Below are positions 59,502-64,000 of a DNA stretch of 64,000 nucleotides, in pieces. The DNA is from an uncultured Hungatella sp. (GTDB lineage Bacteria > Bacillota > Clostridia > Lachnospirales > Lachnospiraceae): positions 7,309 through 71,308 of the forward strand of contig CAJTOT010000003.1 of assembly GCA_910577935.1 (NCBI GenBank). Reading direction: 5' to 3'. Made by a program: the position numbers and the translations under genes. Positions within the stretch are counted from its first letter, which is position 1, and every line of letters begins with the position of its first letter. Below the pieces are notes generated by a model that saw nothing but the letters and a program-made list of their open reading frames with translations, made no database searches and was not told the DNA's origin.

Positions 59502-60089
59502 ATGAGAATAGGACAGGGATACGACGTGCACCGTCTGACTGACGGAAGAAAGCTGATACTGGGCGGTGTGGATATTCCTTATGAGAAGGGGCTTTTGGGA
59601 CACTCGGACGCGGATGTGCTGGTCCATGCGGTGATGGACGCCCTGTTGGGGGCGGCGGCGCTGGGCGACATCGGAGAGCATTTTCCCGATACGGACCCGG
59701 CCTACGAGGGGATTTCCAGCCTGGAGCTGCTAAAGCGGGTGGGAGATCTTCTGGAGGAGAGAGGATATGTTATAGAGAATATAGACGCAACCATCATCGC
59801 CCAGCGTCCGAAGCTGGCGCCTTACCGCCCGCGGATGGCCGAGAATATCGCCTCGGCCTTAAAGCTGTCTGAGGACCGGGTCAGCGTCAAGGCCACCACG
59901 GAGGAGGGCCTGGGCTTTACAGGCACGGGTCAGGGGATTTGCGCCCAGGCCATCACCTTGTTGACATCGCCGGGGGATTACTGCTATGATTACGGGATGG
60001 AAGCCGGCAGATGCGGCGGATGCCCAGGCTGCGGCAGACAGGAAGGCGGAAATATTCAAGTTGAGGAGGAACACCATGAAAATCTTTAA
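59502..60089 (+). CDS. ispF: 2-C-methyl-D-erythritol 2,4-cyclodiphosphate synthase with Cys-rich C-terminal tail
   Basis: [32 protein letters not shown]. Confidence 0.95.
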   Translation: MRIGQGYDVHRLTDGRKLILGGVDIPYEKGLLGHSDADVLVHAVMDALLGAAALGDIGEHFPDTDPAYEGISSLELLKRVGDLLEERGYVIENIDATIIAQRPKLAPYRPRMAENIASALKLSEDRVSVKATTEEGLGFTGTGQGICAQAITLLTSPGDYCYDYGMEAGRCGGCPGCGRQEGGNIQVEEEHHENL

Positions 60090-61488
60090 TACGCTCACGG
60101 GAAGAAAAGAGGAATTTGTCCCCTTAGAGCCGGGAAAGGTGAGGATGTACGTCTGCGGCCCCACGGTGTATAATTTTATTCATATCGGCAATGCCAGACC
60201 GATGATCGTGTTTGACACGGTCCGCCGCTATCTGGAATATAAAGGCTATGAGGTGAATTTTGTCTCCAATTTTACAGACGTGGACGACAAGATCATAAAG
60301 AAGGCCGTGGAGGAGGGCGTGGATTCGTCTGTGATCTCCCGGCGCTATATCCAGGAGTGCAGGACAGACATGGCAGCCATGAACGTCAGGCCCGCCACCG
60401 TCCACCCCAAGGCCACGGAGGAGATTGACGGGATGATCGATCTCATAGGGACTCTGATGGAGAAAGGGCATGCCTACAGGGCAGGGGATGGGACCGTGTA
60501 TTTCAGGACAGATTCTTTCAAGGAATACGGTAAATTGTCTCACAAGAACTTGGATGAGCTGCAGTCAGGCTTCCGGGAGATTAAAGTGACCGGGGAGGAG
60601 GGCAAGGAGTCGCCTTCCGATTTCGTGCTGTGGAAGCCTAAAAAAGAAGGCGAGCCGTTCTGGGAGTCCCCCTGGTGCCAGGGAAGGCCGGGATGGCATA
60701 TTGAGTGCTCTGCCATGTCGAAAAAGTATCTGGGAGAGCAGATCGATATTCACGGAGGCGGCGAAGACCTGATCTTCCCACATCACGAGAACGAGATTGC
60801 CCAGAGCGAGGCGGCAAGCGGGAAAGAGCTGGCGAGATACTGGATGCACAACGGATTTTTGAATATTGACAATAAAAAGATGTCAAAATCCCTGGGGAAC
60901 TTTTTCACTGTCAGGGAGATCGGGGAGAAATTCGACCTTCAGGTGCTGCGCTTTTTTATGTTGAGCAATGCCCACTACCGCAGCCCCCTGAACTTCAGCG
61001 AGGAGCTGATGGAGGCCGCGAAAAGCGGTCTTGAGAGAATCCTCAACAGCGTAGATAAGCTGACAGACCTGGAGGCCGGCGCGGAGGCCGGCGGCATCCG
61101 GGAGGCGGAGGAGAAGCTGTGTCTGGAGGCTGAGGAGCTGGCGGCAAAGTACGAGACTGCCATGGAGGACGATTTCAACACGGCAGACGCGGTGTCGGCA
61201 GTGTTTGAGCTGGTGAAGCTGGCCAACTCCACTGCGGGGGAGGACAGCAGCAGGGACTATGTCCGTTTTCTTAAGAGCACCGTGGAGACGCTCTGCGGCA
61301 TCCTGGGGATTGTCACGGAGAGGAAGAAGGAAGATTTAGATGCCCAGGTGGAAGAGATGATTGCTGCCAGGCAGAAGGCGAGAAAAGAGAAAAATTTCGC
61401 CCTCGCCGACGAGATACGCCGGAAACTTCTGGATATGGGAATTATTCTTGAGGACACGAGAGAAGGGGTTAAATGGAAGAGGGCATAA
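60076..61488 (+). CDS. cysS: Cysteine--tRNA ligase
   Basis: [34 protein letters not shown]. Confidence 0.97.
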   Translation: MKIFNTLTGRKEEFVPLEPGKVRMYVCGPTVYNFIHIGNARPMIVFDTVRRYLEYKGYEVNFVSNFTDVDDKIIKKAVEEGVDSSVISRRYIQECRTDMAAMNVRPATVHPKATEEIDGMIDLIGTLMEKGHAYRAGDGTVYFRTDSFKEYGKLSHKNLDELQSGFREIKVTGEEGKESPSDFVLWKPKKEGEPFWESPWCQGRPGWHIECSAMSKKYLGEQIDIHGGGEDLIFPHHENEIAQSEAASGKELARYWMHNGFLNIDNKKMSKSLGNFFTVREIGEKFDLQVLRFFMLSNAHYRSPLNFSEELMEAAKSGLERILNSVDKLTDLEAGAEAGGIREAEEKLCLEAEELAAKYETAMEDDFNTADAVSAVFELVKLANSTAGEDSSRDYVRFLKSTVETLCGILGIVTERKKEDLDAQVEEMIAARQKARKEKNFALADEIRRKLLDMGIILEDTREGVKWKRA

Positions 61489-61931
61489 GGGAGGCATCAG
61501 GATTTACGGAGGCCTGCAGGGAAAAGCTGGGGCTTAAAAAACAGGACGCGGGCATCTATTCCCCGCTGGCGCTGGCTTATCTGGGAGACGCCGTGTATGA
61601 GCTGGTCATCCGGACTCTGGTGATGAACCGGGGCAACATGCAGGTGAACAAGATGAACAGAAGAACCTCCGGCCTGGTCAAGGCAAAGGCTCAGGCGGAC
61701 ATCATAAGACTTCTGGAGGAGGAGCTGACAGAGGAGGAGCGGGCAGTGTTCAGACGGGGAAGGAATGCCAAGTCCATGACCATGGCCAAGAACGCCTCTG
61801 TCATTGACTACCGCATGGCTACCGGGCTGGAGGCGCTGACCGGCTATCTGTATCTGACAGAACAGTTTGATCGGCTTCTGGAACTGATCAGCCGCGGCCT
61901 GAAGAAAATCGGAGAACTGGAGGCGGAATGA
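61473..61931 (+). CDS. mrnC: Mini-ribonuclease III
   Basis: LAYLGDAVYEL, RRGRN, YRMATGLEAL.GYLYL; canonical cysS-mrnC-rlmB order. Confidence 0.92.
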   Translation: MEEGIREASGFTEACREKLGLKKQDAGIYSPLALAYLGDAVYELVIRTLVMNRGNMQVNKMNRRTSGLVKAKAQADIIRLLEEELTEEERAVFRRGRNAKSMTMAKNASVIDYRMATGLEALTGYLYLTEQFDRLLELISRGLKKIGELEAE

Positions 61932-62674
61932 AGGAGGAAAATTTACTGATCGTGGGGCGGAACGCGGTAATTGAGGCGTTTCGCTCCGGGAAAACCATCG
62001 ATAAGCTGTTTGTGCTGGAGGGCTGCAAGGACGGCCCGGTGCAGACTGTCTTGAGGGAAGCGAAGAAGCAGGATACCATAGTGAACTTTGTGTCGAAGGA
62101 GAGGCTGGACCAGCTGGCCCAGACCAGGAACCACCAGGGAGTGGCGGCCCAGGCTTCTGCCTACGGGTATGTCCAGGTGGAAGATATTCTGGCCCGGGCC
62201 AGGGAGAGAGGAGAGCCGCCGTTTATCATTTTGCTGGACGGCATCGAGGACCCGCATAATCTGGGAGCCATCATCCGAACGGCCAACTTGGCGGGAGCCC
62301 ACGGGGTGATTATCCCGAAGCGCAGGGCGGTTGGGCTTACGGCCGCCGTGGCGAAGACATCTGCCGGCGCGTTAAACTACACGCCTGTGGCGAAGGTCAC
62401 CAACATGACGGCTGTTATGGAGCAGCTGAAGAAGGAGGGGCTTTGGTTTGTGTGCGCGGATATGGGCGGGCAGCCGATGTACAGCCTGGATTTAAAGGGG
62501 CCCATAGGCCTGGTGGTGGGAAGCGAAGGCGACGGCGTCAGCCGGCTGGTGAAGGAGAACTGCGATATGACAGCCGCCATTCCCATGAGGGGAGATATAG
62601 ATTCCCTCAACGCCTCCGTGGCTGCCGGGATTCTGGCCTACGAGATCGTAAGACAGCGGCTGATCCGGGCATGA
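61928..62674 (+). CDS. rlmB: 23S rRNA Gm2251 methyltransferase
   Basis: GRNAVIEA, HQGV, DPHNLGAIIR, GSEG, SLNASVA. Confidence 0.94.
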   Translation: MKEENLLIVGRNAVIEAFRSGKTIDKLFVLEGCKDGPVQTVLREAKKQDTIVNFVSKERLDQLAQTRNHQGVAAQASAYGYVQVEDILARARERGEPPFIILLDGIEDPHNLGAIIRTANLAGAHGVIIPKRRAVGLTAAVAKTSAGALNYTPVAKVTNMTAVMEQLKKEGLWFVCADMGGQPMYSLDLKGPIGLVVGSEGDGVSRLVKENCDMTAAIPMRGDIDSLNASVAAGILAYEIVRQRLIRA

Positions 62675-62749
62675 CGGTGTTTCCCGCGGTTTAGAGACAA
62701 GAACGCGGTGCTGAAACAGTGTAAAATTTTGAAAAGCAGAGGTAGCAGT

Positions 62750-63820
62750 ATGAGAAGAAGACAATGGACTTTATTGTTGGGGGCGGCAGCCACGGCAGCG
62801 GCCCTGGGTATGGGAGGCTGCGCCTCCTCCGAGGTCCGGCAGGCAGATTCGCAGATGACGGCGGCTTTGGAGACGGCGGCGCAGGGAGAGAAGAGCGCCG
62901 CGGCCCCGGAGGCGTCCGGGGCGGAAAAGGCAGCCGCGGATGCAGAGGAAGCGGCGGGACAGCAGCTTGCGGTTATCGAGGACGGCCTGGTACCGCTGTA
63001 CTCCAAGCCCCAGGGGAGCCTTGTGCGTGTCCCGACGGCATCGGGAACCGTAACCTATTCCAACGGTCCGGTGACAGTGGATGCGTCCAACACGCAGAAC
63101 GGATATGTGATGGTCAAGTATTCCGGCAGTGTGGGGAAGATCAAGGTGCAGATAGCAAAAGACGGATTGACCTACACCTATGATCTGAATGCCAGATCTG
63201 CCTACGAGGTATTTCCTCTTTCAGAGGGCAGCGGCACCTACTCGGTGAAGGTGTTCGAACAGGTTCAGGGCAACAGCTATTCCCAGGCTTTCAGCCAGAG
63301 CGTGAATGTGTCCCTGGCCAGCGAGTATGAGCCGTTTTTATACCCCAACCAGTACGTGAATTTCTCCGGGGGGAGCGCTGCGGTTTCGAAAGCGGCAGAG
63401 GTGGCGGCCGGCGCCGCGGACGCCCTGGGCGTGGTAAATAATATCTATAACTATGTGATCAACAATACAACCTATGACACGGCCAAGGCAAACTCGGTTC
63501 AGAGCGGTTATCTCCCCAGTGTGGACCAGACTCTGGCATCGGGGACAGGTATCTGTTTTGACTACGCCGCCCTGATGGTATCCATGCTCCGATCCCAGGA
63601 CATTCCCTCCAAGCTGGTCATCGGTTATACGGGAAGCGTTTACCACGCGTGGGTGAACGTGTACATCGACGGTGTGGGCTGGCTGGATAACTATATCTAT
63701 TTTGACGGAACCAACTGGTCTCTGGCAGACCCGACCTTTGCATCTACCGGCGGACAGAGCGACTCTATCAAACAGTACATCGGAAACGGGGCCAACTATC
63801 AGCAGAAATACTGCTATTAA
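62750..63820 (+). CDS. Transglutaminase-like domain lipoprotein
   Basis: Lipobox-like MGGC; GICFDYA, HAW, DPT catalytic triad. Confidence 0.85.
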   Translation: MRRRQWTLLLGAAATAAALGMGGCASSEVRQADSQMTAALETAAQGEKSAAAPEASGAEKAAADAEEAAGQQLAVIEDGLVPLYSKPQGSLVRVPTASGTVTYSNGPVTVDASNTQNGYVMVKYSGSVGKIKVQIAKDGLTYTYDLNARSAYEVFPLSEGSGTYSVKVFEQVQGNSYSQAFSQSVNVSLASEYEPFLYPNQYVNFSGGSAAVSKAAEVAAGAADALGVVNNIYNYVINNTTYDTAKANSVQSGYLPSVDQTLASGTGICFDYAALMVSMLRSQDIPSKLVIGYTGSVYHAWVNVYIDGVGWLDNYIYFDGTNWSLADPTFASTGGQSDSIKQYIGNGANYQQKYCY

Positions 63821-63837
63821 TTAAAGGAGAAACGTTC

Positions 63838-64000
63838 ATGAGCAAGAAAACAGAGCAGAAATATACATACCAGGAACTTTCTGCGTTCTGTCTTCAGGTG
63901 TCTCTTCTGCTGAAGGCGGCGGTTCCTCTTGACGAGGGACTGCGGATTATGGCAGAGGATGCGGCAAATGAGGACGAGAAAAAAAGACTGATATTTCTGG
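63838..64000 (+). CDS. Type II secretion F / PilC family protein, N-terminus (runs off window)
   Basis: Manual translation MSKKTEQKYTYQELSAFCLQVSLLLKAAVPLDEGLRIMAED fits the F..Q...LL.AG.PL..AL pattern; RBS AAGGAG. Confidence 0.7.
   Translation, partial: MSKKTEQKYTYQELSAFCLQVSLLLKAAVPLDEGLRIMAEDAANEDEKKRLIFL

Noticed and set aside
60955..60985. Apparent extra residue in CysS (MLSNAHYR)
   Set aside because: In-frame single-codon difference judged from memory; may be natural variation or an assembly artefact.
1..64000. CRISPR array or rRNA
   Set aside because: No regularly spaced repeats with unique spacers and no rRNA signatures seen; the 21-bp and 30-bp repeats are coding tandem repeats without spacers.

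Overview
A GC-rich chromosomal segment of a spore-forming Clostridia bacterium, most likely Lachnospiraceae (inferred from gene content and protein families). It is mostly housekeeping: map, relA, hemZ, msmX, ftsEX, queA, ligA, metA, iadA, cadCA, ugd, aat, glnA-ANTAR-dapF-dapL, sleC-like, ispF-cysS-mrnC-rlmB, and 4 tRNAs (Gln-CTG, Arg-CCG, Met-CAT, Val-TAC). Two accessory loci stand out. (1) 27181-31316 is a candidate nucleic-acid end-healing/sealing operon: a kinase-phosphoesterase-Rnl1-like RNA ligase fusion with no Hen1 partner in the window, followed by three different calcineurin-like phosphoesterases, the last internally deleted. (2) 51494-55132 has a WYL regulator divergent from a SpoVK/CbbX-like AAA+ ATPase, closed by a small protein resembling a stand-alone WYL-type winged helix. 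The putative promoters of the two loci share an unusual architecture, suggesting (inference only) a WYL-controlled damage/defence regulon. Intergenic signals include two diverged copies of a ~130-150 nt structured element 53 kb apart (1574-1727 and 55186-55310), a 131-bp MITE with 11-bp inverted ends, an IS66-like remnant, a tyrosine-integrase scar beside tRNA-Arg, an ANTAR-type attenuator before glnA, and a multi-stem element between dapF and dapL. No CRISPR array or rRNA was seen. All calls come from reading motifs by eye; no searches were run.
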